From the human T2T-CHM13v2.0 reference genome, Homo sapiens, in NCBI RefSeq assembly GCF_009914755.1, contig NC_060935.1: a stretch of DNA of 64,000 bases. The stretch is one strand, 5' to 3'. The position numbers and the translations under genes were made by a program. Below the pieces are notes generated by a model. That model worked only from the letters and a program-made list of their open reading frames with translations. It was not told the DNA's origin and searched no databases. Shown piece by piece: positions 60,744 through 64,000 of this stretch; position 1 is the first letter of the stretch; each line of letters begins with the position of its first letter.

Positions 60744-61963
60744 CAGAACTGAAACTGGACCCCTTTCTTACACCTTATGCAAAAATTAATTCAAGATGGA
60801 TTAAAGACTTAAATGTAAGACCTAAAACCATAAAAGCCCTAGAAGAAAACCTAGGCAATACCATTCAGGACATAGGCATGGGCAAAGACTTCATGACTAA
60901 AACACCAAGAGCAATGGCAACAAAAGCCAAAATTCTCAAATGGGATCTAATTAAAGAGCTTCTGAACAGCAAAAGAAACTGTCATGAGAGTGAACAGGCA
61001 ACCTACAGAATGGGAGAAAATTTTTGCAATCCATCTGACAAAGGGCTAATATCCAGAACCTACAAAGAACTTAAACAAATTTACAAGAAAAAAACAAACA
61101 ACCCCATCAAAAAGTGGGTGAAGGATATGAACAGACAGATTGAGAAATGTCTTCTCAAAAGAAGACATTTATGCAGCCAGTAAACATGAAAAAAAGCTCA
61201 TCATCACTGGTCATTAGAGAAATGCAAATCAAAACCAGAGTGAGATACCATCTCAGGCCAGTTTGAATAGCAATCATTAAAAAGTGAGAAAATAAAAGAT
61301 GCTGGCAAAGATATGGAGAAACAGGAACACTTTTACCCTATTGGTGGGAGTGTAAATTAGTTCAACCATTGTGGAAGACAGTGTGGCGATTCCTCAAGGA
61401 TATAGAACTAGAAATACCATTTGATTTAGCAATCCCATTACTGGGTATAAACCCAAAGGATTAGAAATGATTCTACTAGAAAGACACATGCAAAAGTATG
61501 TTTATTGCAGCACTATTGACAATAGCAAAGACTTGGAACCAACCCAAATGTCCATCAATGATAGACTAGATAAAGAAAATGGGGCACATATACACCATGG
61601 AATACTATGAAGCCATAAAAAAGGATGAGTTCACGTCCTTTGCAGGGACATGGATGAAGCTGGAAACCATCATTCTCAGCAAACTAACACAGGAACAGAA
61701 AGCCAAACACTGCATGTTCTCACTCATCAGTGGGAACTGAACAATGAGAACACATGGAGACAGGGAGGGGAACATCACACACCAGGGCCTGTCAGGGGGT
61801 TGGTGGGGCTAGGGGAGGGATAGCACTAGGAGAAATACCTAATGTAGGTGACGGGTTGCTGGGTGCAGCAAACCACCATGGCACATGTATACCTGTGTAA
61901 CAAACCTGCACATTCTGCACATGTATCCCAGAACTTAAAGTATTTAAAAAAAAAAAAAAAAAA
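60744..61963 (+). mobile_element. 5'-truncated L1PA (L1PA6/7-like) with a 3' transduction to 62131
   Basis: ORF2 C-terminal sequence (KLDPFLTPY...), 3' UTR, A18 tail; TSD aaaa(a/g)ggacccttctg at 60728-60743 and 62132-62147. Confidence 0.93.
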
Positions 61964-62147
61964 GAACTAAGGGAGTAGAATACTCATTAGAATTTTTTTT
62001 ATTTTTTATGTTTGGGGGAGCAATAATTTATATCTCATTGTATTATCGAAATCCAGAAAATTTAATAAAATGAAATGAAGATCCTTGAAGAGAATCAATA
62101 AAATAAATAAAACGATTAAATCACTTAAAAAAAAAGGGACCCTTCTG

Positions 62148-64000
<1,853 letters not shown>

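Noticed and set aside
60572-61183. 203-aa ORF that looks like a novel N-terminus fused to L1 ORF2
   Set aside because: Chance read-through across the 5' junction of a truncated L1 inserted in an older repeat; it frameshifts out of ORF2.

Overview
Primate (human-like) genomic DNA, AT-rich and dominated by repeats. The + strand carries the last six coding exons and 3' UTR of DEUP1 (CCDC67, deuterosome assembly protein 1): 1518-1623, 6961-7158, 8741-8827, 20733-20929, 27501-27615 and 43978-44154. All have canonical AG/GT splice sites with consistent phases and together encode about 292 C-terminal residues ending ...KYSKLKQNRHI*. Most of the remaining sequence is Alu, L1, L2/MIR, MaLR/ERVL and Tc1-mariner remnants, and almost every other ORF in the track is repeat-derived or spurious. 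I see no new gene system. The most unusual structure is a 6.66 kb composite L1 insertion in the last intron (28634-35294). One 17-bp target-site duplication (TSD) brackets two tandem 5'-truncated L1PA copies, each followed by its own polyadenylated 3' transduction. The two copies have different subfamily-type 3' UTRs yet share many private mutations in a patchwork, including the same nonsense codon. Other notable items are a third 3' transduction (61964-62131), an approximately 80% identical 145-bp duplicated block upstream of two consecutive exons, and a MADE1 hairpin. Repeat subfamily names are from recognition by eye and need RepeatMasker/Dfam confirmation.
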